A stretch of DNA of 64,000 bases, from the NCBI GenBank assembly GCA_016179055.1, contig JACOSC010000258.1, positions 2,833 to 66,832 of the forward strand. The letters run 5' to 3'. Under the pieces are notes generated by a model. The model was not told the origin of the DNA. It did no database searches and saw nothing but the letters and a program-made list of their open reading frames with translations. The DNA is from Acidobacteriota bacterium (GTDB lineage Bacteria; Acidobacteriota; UBA6911; JACOSC01). Below are positions 49,475-58,526 of this stretch, one piece after another (positions within the stretch are counted from its first letter, which is position 1; every line of letters begins with the position of its first letter). The position numbers and the translations under genes are program-made.

Positions 49475-50626
49475 TCAAGCGCCTTGAGGTTTCTGAGAAG
49501 GGAGCTCGAGCGGCACTTGTTCTTCGATGGAGAGGCCGTACCCGTTTAACGCAATCACTTTGCGAAGGTGCAACGTAAGCAAGCGCATACGGTGCACACC
49601 CAGGTCGCTCAAGATCTGCGCCCCAATCCCATGCTCTCGCAGTTTGGTGGAAAGCGGAGACTCTTCCAAGTTGCCGATCCGCCGGCCGGATTCTTGGGGC
49701 TGACTTAGCGCGCGGGCTTCGGCAAGCAGGTCTATACTTTTTTCTAGTCTGAGATATACCAACACACCGGCGCCGTCTTGCTCTATCGCTTTGAGCGCCG
49801 CCTGCAGTTGCTGTCCGGTTCCGCCCTGTAGGGCCCGAAAAACATCGCCTAAGGTGGATTGAATTTGGACGCGCACTAGGATCGGCCGCTCCGGTCGAAT
49901 CTCGCCTTTGACCAGTGCCAAGTGCGTGTTCCCGTCAATATGATTCTGATAGAGGATAAGATTGAAGCGCCCAAATTCGGTATCAATCGGATTCTCCGCG
50001 ACCCGGTGTACGAATTTTTCATTTTGCATGCGAAACCGAATGAGATCGGCCACCGTTATAATCTTCAACCCTTGTTGCTGAGCGAAAATTTCCAAATCGC
50101 TCACTCTGGCCATGGTGCCATCCTCATTCATGATTTCACAGATCACGCCGGCTGGGTACAAACCGGCCATTCGGGCTAGATCGACGGCGGCTTCGGTCTG
50201 GCCGGCGCGCTGTAACACGCCGCCTCGTCGTGCCCGCAGTGGAAATACGTGGCCCGGGCGCGCCAAATCGGCGGGTTTGGTATGTGGGTTAATCGCCGTC
50301 AGAATTGTTATGGCGCGATCATGGGCCGAGATGCCGGTGGTTGTCTGCTGCCGCGCGTCGATGGCGATGGTAAAGGCTGTACCGTAACTTGAAGTGTTCT
50401 CTGCCGTCATGGGCGGCAAGTGCAACTCGTCGCAGCGTTCCTCCGTCATGGGCAAGCAGATTAATCCGCGGCCATGCCTGGCCATGAAGTTGATAGCTTC
50501 CGGCGTGACTTTTTCAGCGGCCATCGTCAGATCGCCTTCATTCTCGCGATCCTCATCGTCTACGACAATGACCATTCGTCCCTGTTGAATGTCCTCGATG
50601 GCATCCGTAATCACTGCAAAAGCCAT
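49475..50626 (-). CDS. ribB: 3,4-dihydroxy-2-butanone-4-phosphate synthase fused to a degenerate GTP cyclohydrolase II-like domain (RibBX-type)
   Basis: The RibB half is canonical ([32 protein letters not shown]). In the RibA-like half the zinc and catalytic residues are replaced: [13 protein letters not shown] instead of HSECLTGD, and LQGGTGQQL instead of RCDCG.QL. Confidence 0.8.
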   Translation of the reverse strand: MAFAVITDAIEDIQQGRMVIVVDDEDRENEGDLTMAAEKVTPEAINFMARHGRGLICLPMTEERCDELHLPPMTAENTSSYGTAFTIAIDARQQTTTGISAHDRAITILTAINPHTKPADLARPGHVFPLRARRGGVLQRAGQTEAAVDLARMAGLYPAGVICEIMNEDGTMARVSDLEIFAQQQGLKIITVADLIRFRMQNEKFVHRVAENPIDTEFGRFNLILYQNHIDGNTHLALVKGEIRPERPILVRVQIQSTLGDVFRALQGGTGQQLQAALKAIEQDGAGVLVYLRLEKSIDLLAEARALSQPQESGRRIGNLEESPLSTKLREHGIGAQILSDLGVHRMRLLTLHLRKVIALNGYGLSIEEQVPLELPSQKPQGA

Positions 50627-50763
50627 GTGCGCTACCTCCCTTTGGCCAAATTTTATCGTTTAGACCGGTCAATTGCAATGCTGCAGAGGCGTCAACACCC
50701 GTTCGTTGAAAATAATTCTGGTTTTTTTCGGTCCTTTCGTGATTGATAAATTAGAACTACTTC

Positions 50764-51163
50764 GTATCTTCTCAATAAATCGGGGCAGGGGCCCAGGCCA
50801 AAATTCAAGAGGGGCCCGCGACCGTCAGCCAATCCTATCCCTGAAAGGGATACATAAAATAGTCGGGGGTGGAGCGGAATCCCCGGTCAAATAGGCTCCG
50901 ACTCCGTTCGACCCTGAAGGGGTCGCACCAAGGCACGGTCGGTGGTTAGGCTCGACCCTTTCAGGGTTAAACCGGAGGGGCGGAGAAGACCGGGGGTTAC
51001 GCTGCGCTCCACCCCCGGCTATTATATTTGGCCCTTTCAGGGCCGCGACTCTCTTCTCAATAAATCAAGGCAAGGCCCTATGCCAAAATTTAGGTGGGGC
51101 GCCCGACCGTGCTCTCCTACATTTTTTGAGATAATCTCTTACCCCGATTTATTGAGAAGATAC
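50764..51163. mobile_element. 400-bp MITE with perfect 22-bp terminal inverted repeats and 8-bp target-site duplication ACTACTTC
   Basis: TIR GTATCTTCTCAATAAATCGGGG at 50764-50785, with its complement at 51142-51163. ACTACTTC lies at 50756-50763 and 51164-51171. No coding capacity. Confidence 0.85.
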
Positions 51164-51381
51164 ACTACTTCTTTGTAATTATTTTTTTGTATTGGTGTGG
51201 CTAGGAGTCTGTCGGCGATAAGCTATTTGAGCGTTCGGCGACCCCCTTTTTTTACAAAATAACCGGGGTAAAAATGGCAAACGCAGCCTCAGCAAAGACC
51301 GATTCTTGAATTCTCCGACAGACTCCTAGTACGCTACACATGGTTATTGATTAGGTGACTTTAGAGATTTGGGAGAAAAGC

Positions 51382-51585
51382 ATGATTAATGAATTTTCAA
51401 CCTTACAGTCGACGCAACTCACAGGGGTCTCGCTTCGCCAGTTAGACTACTGGGATAAAATAGGAATCATCAAACCTACGGCTACTCCCGCGAGAGGCTC
51501 AGGCTCACGAGCAAGCCCTCTTCAAGATGGTCACAGTATATTACCAGTATATCCACACATTAAGTTGTTACAAATAAAACGTTAG
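51382..51585 (+). CDS. Small MerR-type HTH protein, probably truncated or degenerate
   Basis: ATG 51382 after GGGAGAAAAG. ..LTGVSLRQLDYWDKIGIIKPT...RGSGSR matches the MerR N-terminal HTH. The sequence after GSGSR no longer resembles the family. Confidence 0.4.
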   Translation: MINEFSTLQSTQLTGVSLRQLDYWDKIGIIKPTATPARGSGSRASPLQDGHSILPVYPHIKLLQIKR

Positions 51586-51601
51586 TAGAGAGACCGGGTG
51601 T

Positions 51602-52369
51602 TCAGGGCTTCATCTTTATCAGTCTTTGCAAAACTTCCACATCATAGTCTCGAACATCGAACTGGTTTCCTTGAACCTTCTTAATGTGTCGATGACATTC
51701 CAGCGCCGTCCGGCACACTTTATTTAAAAACTCCTCTTTCTCCTTTGAAGTCATGTCTTTTCGGCGTAGTCCCAGCCTCCTTTGCAAGTCAATCAAGTGT
51801 GGACCTGTTACATCCACAATATGCCGATCTATGCTACCCTGAACCTTGAACTCACAGAAGAATATATCTGCCTCCGAATATCGAGCCGCTCTGACCAATT
51901 CAATTCCGCCCATACCGACCTCTTTAGGAACAGGCGGCAGGTTTGCCCCTATCCATTCAATCTCAACTAGTTCAGTACCAATAAATATCTTAAACTCAGG
52001 ATCGCCGCTGACCACGGGTGCCTGCTCTCGGATAGCCGTTGCCACCGCAAAAGCATCGGCATAGGAGATGGCATAGCGACCCTTCAACTGCGCCGCTTCG
52101 AGGATCAGTCGCTTTGGCGTAGCAACTGTCCGGATCGGCATTCGCTTTAAGTCACTCAAGAAGGCCCTCGCCTCCTTCTCGGTGCGCTTCTTAGCCAACC
52201 GGTAATACACCTCGCCGACGTTAATCATACTCATGCTCAGTTGCAGAGCACCCGCCTCAGCTACGTCCAGCATCTTCTGTACCCTATCGGCCGCCGGCAG
52301 CTCGTCCTGCAACCACGCGAGTATCGCCCATGCATCAAGAACCTTGCGCTTTCCGCGCGTGCTCTTCAT
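51602..52369 (-). CDS. PIN-domain toxin (VapC-like) with ~115-aa C-terminal extension
   Basis: 255 aa. PIN part VLDAWAILAWLQDE...ISYADAFAVATA...VVSGDPEF. Residues after about 140 have no recognised family. It overlaps the antitoxin gene by 35 nt. Confidence 0.65.
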   Translation of the reverse strand: MKSTRGKRKVLDAWAILAWLQDELPAADRVQKMLDVAEAGALQLSMSMINVGEVYYRLAKKRTEKEARAFLSDLKRMPIRTVATPKRLILEAAQLKGRYAISYADAFAVATAIREQAPVVSGDPEFKIFIGTELVEIEWIGANLPPVPKEVGMGGIELVRAARYSEADIFFCEFKVQGSIDRHIVDVTGPHLIDLQRRLGLRRKDMTSKEKEEFLNKVCRTALECHRHIKKVQGNQFDVRDYDVEVLQRLIKMKP

Positions 52370-52601
52370 CCTGGTTTATCTCCTCCCGATGCTCTCGCTC
52401 CAGGTCCTCAAGGACGTTCGTACCTTTCAATGCCCCACGCCACCTTCGCCAGGAGCCGCTGGGGACCTTCCGCATCACCAGATCCTGATTCCTGACTACA
52501 ATTGCCAGCGCGGTTCCCTCTTCCAAGCCTACCTTATCCCGGATGGACTTGGGAATCGCAATCTGCCCTTTTGAGGAAATTCTTACGGTTACCATAATCA
52601 A
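52335..52601 (-). CDS. AbrB/SpoVT-type antitoxin (VapB-like)
   Basis: 88 aa. MVTVRISSKGQIAIPKSIRDKVGLEEGTALAIVV is the looped-hinge-helix fold signature. Confidence 0.75.
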   Translation of the reverse strand: MIMVTVRISSKGQIAIPKSIRDKVGLEEGTALAIVVRNQDLVMRKVPSGSWRRWRGALKGTNVLEDLEREHREEINQDEEHARKAQGS

Positions 52602-53161
52602 CTCTCCTAAATCTTACCCTATAGTAAGAAATTTGAATACGGAAGTCAACTAAAATTCGCACACAAATTCGCAACGTTACCCACGCGTCCATGCGCGCAA
52701 GTAGCGCCCACGTAGGCAAGCAAATCTTTTGGAGCGTTGCGATGCATTTATCAACACGAAAGAAACGTATGAACCACGAGGAAACAGGACTCTTTCGCCT
52801 TCCAGCTGGTCAGCTCTCGCGCCCGCAGATCTCTATGTCCATCACTATAGAATTGCCGTATCGAGAACCGCCGCAGCTTGTGCGTCCCTTCGATTTTAGT
52901 CCGCACTTTTTCGCCGCCCGATAAGAGCCCTTCCGATCTTATACGGACCTGGACATGACAAATACTATAGCCATTATTTCTGAGGATGCGCCCCAGTTTG
53001 TGAAGACCAAATAACGGTTCAGGGATCTGCACTGCTGCCGCTCACGCGGAATCGATTGTCTCGCCGCCTTCTCCGTCACGAAATCTTGTGTTATACTTCC
53101 TATCCTTTTGGTCGGGATTATAGCTGGTCCGCGCCGGTTTGCGCGGTTTCTTTATGATAAT

Positions 53162-53725
53162 ATGCGTATTTTCATTGCTGTGGACATCCCGGAGCGGCTC
53201 AAGGACAAGCTGCGCGGCTTGCAAGCGGAAATGAAGCAGTTTAACGCGCCGGTTCGTTGGGCGGCCCCGGATGGCTTTCATATCACTATAAAATTTTTTG
53301 GGGAAGTGCTCGACACAAGACAGCCGGCAATCTGTCAGCAGTTAAGGGATATTGCCCGCTGGTCCAAGCCCTTCGAAATTCATCTGGAGCGACTGGGCAC
53401 GTTCCCGCGCGAGCAGTCCCCCCGCGTTATATGGATCGGAACGCGACCTGAGGACGACCGGCTTAAGAACCTCGCGAGCACCGTGGAAACCGCGATGGCC
53501 TCAATAGGCTTTGCGGCCGAGGAACGGGAACCGAGTCCGCATATTACGTTGGGCCGGATCAAAGGAGCGGATAACCTGTTTCGTCTAATGACCTACATAA
53601 ATCTCTACCGCGAAAGTCAATCGCTTGGATCCTTTGTGGTTGATAATTTCTATCTTTATAAAAGCACGTTGGCGCCAACCGGTTCCGTGTATGAAAAACT
53701 TCAGGCTTTCCCCTTTGGCCAGTAG
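53162..53725 (+). CDS. thpR: RNA 2',3'-cyclic phosphodiesterase (2H family, LigT/ThpR)
   Basis: ATG 53162 gives MRIFIAVDIP. Two H-x-T-x motifs are present: FHITIKF and PHITLGR. Confidence 0.8.
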   Translation: MRIFIAVDIPERLKDKLRGLQAEMKQFNAPVRWAAPDGFHITIKFFGEVLDTRQPAICQQLRDIARWSKPFEIHLERLGTFPREQSPRVIWIGTRPEDDRLKNLASTVETAMASIGFAAEEREPSPHITLGRIKGADNLFRLMTYINLYRESQSLGSFVVDNFYLYKSTLAPTGSVYEKLQAFPFGQ

Positions 53726-53733
53726 TTAGTTTT

Positions 53734-54345
53734 ATGTCCATGCACCACCTGCTTATTTTAATGGGCGCGTATTTTTTGGGGGCGATCCCCTTCGGCTATA
53801 TGATCGTGCGCCTGACCCAAGGCGGGGATATACGGCAGGTGGGCAGCGGAAATATTGGAGCGACCAATGTCTTCCGCAGCGCCAGTAAGATGGGTGGCGT
53901 CGCTACCTTATTGCTGGATGCGGCCAAGGGTTATTTGGCCGTTCTTCTGGCACGGAAGCTTTTGAACGATCCGACACGCAGTTGGGAAGTCGCCGCCGCC
54001 GTATTGGCGATTGTCGGCCACATTTTTACAATTTTTCTGAAGTTTAAGGGCGGTAAGGGCGTGGCGGTAGGCTGCGGGGCCTACATGGCCATCTCGCCGA
54101 TGGCCGGTCTGGCTTCAATATTGGTGTTTGTCGTTGTGATGGGGATTTCCCGCTACGTTTCGCTAGGCTCGATTATGGCTACACTGGCTTATCCGCTCAG
54201 CGCCTATTGGTTTGACGAGCCCAAAGTGGTCATTCTCGGCGGAGGTCTGGGCGCCCTTTTGATCATTGCTAAACATCATGCCAATATTCGGCGATTGTTC
54301 ACAGGTCGTGAGCATAGGCTAGCCGCCTCCCACAAACCAAGCTGA
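53734..54345 (+). CDS. plsY: Glycerol-3-phosphate acyltransferase PlsY
   Basis: 203 aa. YFLGAIPFGY..GSGNIGATNVFR..DAAKG..HIFTIFLKFKGGKGVA is the canonical PlsY pattern. Confidence 0.9.
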   Translation: MSMHHLLILMGAYFLGAIPFGYMIVRLTQGGDIRQVGSGNIGATNVFRSASKMGGVATLLLDAAKGYLAVLLARKLLNDPTRSWEVAAAVLAIVGHIFTIFLKFKGGKGVAVGCGAYMAISPMAGLASILVFVVVMGISRYVSLGSIMATLAYPLSAYWFDEPKVVILGGGLGALLIIAKHHANIRRLFTGREHRLAASHKPS

Positions 54346-54409
54346 ATTGGTGGAGGCGTGCCAGTCCCGCGAGTTAGCAACCCAGCATGAATGAGTGCGG
54401 AGGTAACCC

Positions 54410-54586
54410 ATGTCGATTAGCAAAGAACTATTGGAAATCTTAGCCTGTCCTGAGTGCAAGACCGAAGTTCAATTGACTCCTGATGAAAAAGGACTCAAGT
54501 GTCTCAACTGCCACCGTGTATATCCGATCAAAGACGACATTCCCGTCATGCTCGTTAATGAAGCCAAGATTGAAGGCTCGTCCTAG
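54410..54586 (+). CDS. Trm112/YcaR-family small zinc-ribbon-like protein
   Basis: 58 aa, below the ORF-track cutoff. MSISKELLEILACPECKTEVQLTPDEKGLKCLNCHRVYPIKDDIPVMLVNEAKIEGSS. Confidence 0.8.
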   Translation: MSISKELLEILACPECKTEVQLTPDEKGLKCLNCHRVYPIKDDIPVMLVNEAKIEGSS

Positions 54587-54720
54587 CGTCCGTCATGAAG
54601 GATGTATCGCAAGGCGTGAAACGGGCCTCCAACGAGTCAGCCCTTTCATGCCTTGTCGGGCGCTAATTTGAATGCTTTGCCGTGGATTTCCGATAGGCCA
54701 TACGAGATCCTTCTTCCTTT

Positions 54721-55854
54721 TTGGTGTCCCATATGCCGTCAGAAACCAATAGGGAACGGACGCGCCCCTCCATTGATCTGGGCGCGATTTCCAGCGTTCT
54801 GCTCTTACGGCTACGCTCATTAGGGGATACCGTTCTAATGACGCCGGTAATTTCGGCGCTCAGACGATGGCGATCCGATTTACACATTGCAGCGCTGGTC
54901 GAGGAGCGCTTTGCCGCGATTTTACAGCATAATCCAAAACTCGATGCCGTGTTGGAGGTCGATACCTGCCGAGCCGGCCCCTCTTACGGATTACTGCCGA
55001 AGTGGAAAACTGCCATGGCGATCCGCCGGCGCCGGTACGATCTGGTCGTGAATCTTCATGGCGGAACGACCAGCCTCTTATTTACAAGTCTCGCCCGCAG
55101 CCGCTACACACTGGGATTAGCCTCATACCGTTATCCGTCGGCCTACACATTTCGTATGCCCCCGCCGTCGCTGGTATGGCAACGGCGGAATCTGCACACG
55201 GTGGAGAATCAGTTAGCGCCGCTGAAATGGTTGGGAATTCCGGTCGAGCCCTTGCCGCGCCTCGAAGTTTTCATCGATGAAGCCGCGCGCCGGAGAGTGG
55301 GACAGCGGCTTAGCGCCGTGGGGCTGGCGGATCGATCTTTTGTGCTGATTCATCCTACCGCCACGTTGTTTACTAAGCAATGGGATCCGCAAAAATTTTC
55401 CCAACTGGTTAATTACCTGACCCTCAGCCGCCATTGGCCGGTGGTGATCACGGTGGGCAGGGCTGAGCGCGCGGTTGCCCGAGAGATTCAAGCCGCGGCC
55501 GGCGCGCCGGTGATCGTGTGGGATGATTTGCCCCTGTCTGAGCTAATGGCTGTTATTGACCGGACCGCGTTGTTTATCGGGTGCGATAGTGGACCGGCCC
55601 ACATTGCTTCAGCCTTAAAGAAGAAGGTTGTAGTGATCTTTGGTTCGTCCAGCGCGATAGGCTGGCGGCCATGGCATGCCACTTACGAGCTGATCGAATC
55701 CGGTCTGCCGTGCAATCCGTGCCCCGGACATCGTTGCGCCGTTTTTGACGAACCGAAATGTATCCAAAGTATAACCGTAGAGATGGTGGCCGCGGCCGTA
55801 GACCGTATCTTGTCCGCGGAGACCTCAGATCTTAGAGTTCCGACTTCCGACTAA
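54721..55854 (+). CDS. Glycosyltransferase family 9 (ADP-heptose:LPS heptosyltransferase-like)
   Basis: LLLRLRSLGDTVLMTPVISALR, ..IHPTATLFTKQW, ..FIGCDSGPAHIASAL. The start is either TTG 54721 or ATG 54733. Confidence 0.8.
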   Translation: MVSHMPSETNRERTRPSIDLGAISSVLLLRLRSLGDTVLMTPVISALRRWRSDLHIAALVEERFAAILQHNPKLDAVLEVDTCRAGPSYGLLPKWKTAMAIRRRRYDLVVNLHGGTTSLLFTSLARSRYTLGLASYRYPSAYTFRMPPPSLVWQRRNLHTVENQLAPLKWLGIPVEPLPRLEVFIDEAARRRVGQRLSAVGLADRSFVLIHPTATLFTKQWDPQKFSQLVNYLTLSRHWPVVITVGRAERAVAREIQAAAGAPVIVWDDLPLSELMAVIDRTALFIGCDSGPAHIASALKKKVVVIFGSSSAIGWRPWHATYELIESGLPCNPCPGHRCAVFDEPKCIQSITVEMVAAAVDRILSAETSDLRVPTSD

Positions 55855-56017
55855 TGTCTGTGGTCTAGTGTCCGATGAGCGCGCCGGGCCGTACAGTCTG
55901 TATTGGTCGCAGGCGGGCGCGCATCATCTTGTGAACCGCCGCAGGCCGAACGACACGTTCGGGTTAGGGCGGTTCATTAACCAAACTTGGGTGCAATACC
56001 GAAGGCTGGTTGAACCT

Positions 56018-56345
56018 GCCGCGTAGCGGCCCGTTGACTTTAGCCGTGCCTTTCAAGGCACGGTAGGTTCGGCGGCGGAAACCCTTCCGTCCCGACGCTG
56101 TCGGGACGATTGACCCGCAGCCACGGGACAACAATTATGGCCAATACCTACACTTCGCTTCCCCATCGTCTTCAGCACCATAATAGTACAGGATACCTAA
56201 AATATCTGTGGGGTTGAATTTGCTAAGGCGTCGTAGAACGCCATTATCGCCTGAATCAATCGTCGCTGACGCGACGGGGGGCCGGCTGGTCCATTGGACC
56301 CGTGCCCTAAAGGACACGGCTAAAGTCAATGAGCCGCTACGCGGC
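56018..56345. repeat. Large inverted-repeat element (46-bp arms GCCGCGTAGCGGCCCGTTGACTTTAGCCGTGCC.. and complement) with nested inner inverted repeats
   Basis: 56018-56063 pairs with 56299-56345. The inner pair GTCCCGACGCTGTCGGGACGATTG / CAATCGTCGCTGACGCGACGG is related to 57407-57440. The element ends 25 nt before the heptose kinase start. Confidence 0.6.
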
Positions 56346-56369
56346 GTTCATATGGGTTAGGATACTTTC

Positions 56370-57395
56370 ATGAAACTGTCTCAAACTACCGTTACAAGAC
56401 TGGCGCGTCTAATCGGCCACTTTAAGAGCACCCGTATTTTAGTTTTGGGAGATGTCATGCTCGATCAATTTGTATGGGGCTCCGTCCGTCGGATTTCACC
56501 GGAGGCGCCGGTGCCAGTCGTTGAGGTTACGCGGGAAACCACACATCTCGGCGGCGCCGCCAACGTGGCTCACAACCTATGGGCATTGGGCGGCGCCCCG
56601 CAGGTTATCGGCGTGGTGGGCGATGATCATCCCGGCCGGCTGTTGGATCAAGAGTTGCGGCGACTCCATCCCGAGCCGGGATTGATAAACGATGAAGCGC
56701 GGCCCACGACGGTTAAGACGCGTATCATTGCCCATCATCAGCAAGTCTGTCGCACGGATCGCGAAAGCGACGTAGCGCTCGGCGACCGCGCCGGACGCGC
56801 CGTGATGGCGGCTGTTGATCGATGGCTTGCCGATGCCGATGGAATCATCGTGTCGGATTATGCCAAAGGCGTCATCAGCGGCCCGCTTATGCAACACGTA
56901 ATGCGACGGGCCCGCACCGGCGGGCTGTTCGTGTGCGTGGATCCAAAGGTACGGAACTTCGGCTGGTATCGCGGAGCTACGGTGATCACACCGAACCAGC
57001 ATGAGGCGGAGGCGGTGGCCGGCGTGGCCATTCGAGACGAAGGCTCGCTGCGGGCCGCCGGCAAGAAGATACTCTTGCAAACCGGATGCCGGTACTTGCT
57101 GATCACGCGCGGCGAAGCGGGCATGGCGCTGTTCCTTTCCCCGAGCCAGGTGATTCACATTCCGGCGGTGGCGCGCGAAGTATTTGATGTGACCGGCGCC
57201 GGCGACACCGTCATCGCGACCTTGGCGATGGGCCTGGCGCATGGAGCCGCGATCGCCGATGCCGCGCGGCTGTCGAACTTTGCCGCGGGTATTGTGGTGG
57301 GAAAATTAGGCACCGCCTCGGTAACCGCAGAGGAGCTGCTGGCCTATGTGCGCGCTCATGCCGAAGAGATCACATCGCCGAAACGTCGTCGGTAA
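56370..57395 (+). CDS. D-glycero-beta-D-manno-heptose-7-phosphate kinase (RfaE domain I / PfkB family)
   Basis: 341 aa. ILVLGDVMLDQFVWG.V.RISPEAPVPVV, GGAANVAHNLWALGG, and the C-terminal DVTGAGDTV anion-hole motif. Confidence 0.8.
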   Translation: MKLSQTTVTRLARLIGHFKSTRILVLGDVMLDQFVWGSVRRISPEAPVPVVEVTRETTHLGGAANVAHNLWALGGAPQVIGVVGDDHPGRLLDQELRRLHPEPGLINDEARPTTVKTRIIAHHQQVCRTDRESDVALGDRAGRAVMAAVDRWLADADGIIVSDYAKGVISGPLMQHVMRRARTGGLFVCVDPKVRNFGWYRGATVITPNQHEAEAVAGVAIRDEGSLRAAGKKILLQTGCRYLLITRGEAGMALFLSPSQVIHIPAVAREVFDVTGAGDTVIATLAMGLAHGAAIADAARLSNFAAGIVVGKLGTASVTAEELLAYVRAHAEEITSPKRRR

Positions 57396-57480
57396 AGTGC
57401 CATTGTCGGCTAAAGCCATCGTCGCTGACGCGACGAGGCTGCGGCTGGCCCAGGGAACTGTTCAGGAGGTCTGCACTGAC

Positions 57481-57556
57481 ACAGAACCGGGAGCGGTAGC
57501 GACCGGGTAAGCGCCGAATGGCACATAGACCCGGTCGCTACTGCAATCGGTTCTGT
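57481..57556. repeat. REP family R1 hairpin, degenerate right arm
   Basis: ACAGAACCGGGAGCGGTAGCGACCGGGT...ACCCGGTCGCTACTGCAATCGGTTCTGT. It lies directly upstream of mutM. Confidence 0.75.
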
Positions 57557-57583
57557 TTCGGCTCGTACGGATTGGGAGGAAAC

Positions 57584-58426
57584 ATGCCGGAATTACCCGA
57601 GGTAGAAACCGTTCGTCGGCAATTGGCAGAGAATCTGGTGGGTCGCCGATTGGTTCGAGCTGAGTTCTCGAGAATGGCATTGCGCGCGGCGATCCCGGCC
57701 CGCCAGTTGGCCCGCGCCCTTCAAGGCGCCACCGTCCTGCAAATTCGTCGTCGCGCAAAGTATTTGCTGTGGGATTTTAGCAGCGGTTACACGATGCTGG
57801 CGCATCTTGGTATGAGCGGGCATTTTTTCATTGGCCATGAGAAGGTCGATCCCGTAAGACACACGCACGGCCGATGGCGGTTCGCCGGGCTCACCGTGCA
57901 TTTTGTCGACCCACGGCGCTTCGGTCTGCTGAAGCTTTATAAGACGGCGGAGGTATTGGAAAGCGCCGAGCTCGCCGAACTCGGACCGGAGCCTTTTGAT
58001 CCAATCTTCACTCCCGATTGGCTGCGACAATCACTCAAACAATCCGCGGCCCCGATCAAGTCTTGGCTGCTTGACCAGAAACGCCTGAGCGGGCTTGGAA
58101 ACATTTACGCGAACGAAGCCTTATTCCGGTCGCGCATACATCCGCGACGGCCTTCCCACACGTTGCGCCCTCGTGAAGCGCAGCGCTTGCATACCGCCAT
58201 ACGTCAGGTCTTACTGGCGGCCATAGAGCACGCCGGAACCACTTTTCTTAGTTACAAAGCGCCCGACGGAGGCGATGGCGCCTTTTACGACTCGCTGCTG
58301 GTCTTTCAGAGGGAGGGCCTGGAATGTCATCGTTGCGGCGTCCCTATTGAGCGAATCGTGCAAAGTGGCCGATCTTCGTTCTTCTGCCCAACCTGTCAGA
58401 AGGCTGCGCCACGCCATCCCTCATAA
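57584..58426 (+). CDS. mutM: Formamidopyrimidine-DNA glycosylase
   Basis: ATG 57584 after GGGAGGA. The N-terminus MPELPEVETVRR contains the catalytic Pro2 and Glu3. H2TH region, and a C-terminal zinc finger CHRCGVPI...FFCPTCQ. Confidence 0.9.
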   Translation: MPELPEVETVRRQLAENLVGRRLVRAEFSRMALRAAIPARQLARALQGATVLQIRRRAKYLLWDFSSGYTMLAHLGMSGHFFIGHEKVDPVRHTHGRWRFAGLTVHFVDPRRFGLLKLYKTAEVLESAELAELGPEPFDPIFTPDWLRQSLKQSAAPIKSWLLDQKRLSGLGNIYANEALFRSRIHPRRPSHTLRPREAQRLHTAIRQVLLAAIEHAGTTFLSYKAPDGGDGAFYDSLLVFQREGLECHRCGVPIERIVQSGRSSFFCPTCQKAAPRHPS

Positions 58427-58526
58427 CGTTCGCCCGTCAGCACGCCAGGCTCCCCGACGGCCTTTGCATCGGTCCGTGCGACGCCCACATCCTCCACGCG
58501 CTATTCCAGTATCCGGTGAGACATTT

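Noticed and set aside
50627-50760. FMN riboswitch upstream of the ribB-like gene
   Set aside because: I read the minus-strand leader and could not find the conserved RFN core segments. This needs a covariance-model scan to be sure.
52751-53032. 93-aa ORF with faint HicA-like pattern (..KLGRILRNNGYSICHV..)
   Set aside because: It has no GSH motif and no adjacent HicB candidate. The similarity is too weak to call.
56577-57242. 221-aa minus-strand ORF
   Set aside because: It is antisense to the heptose-7-phosphate kinase gene and has Arg/His-rich shadow composition.
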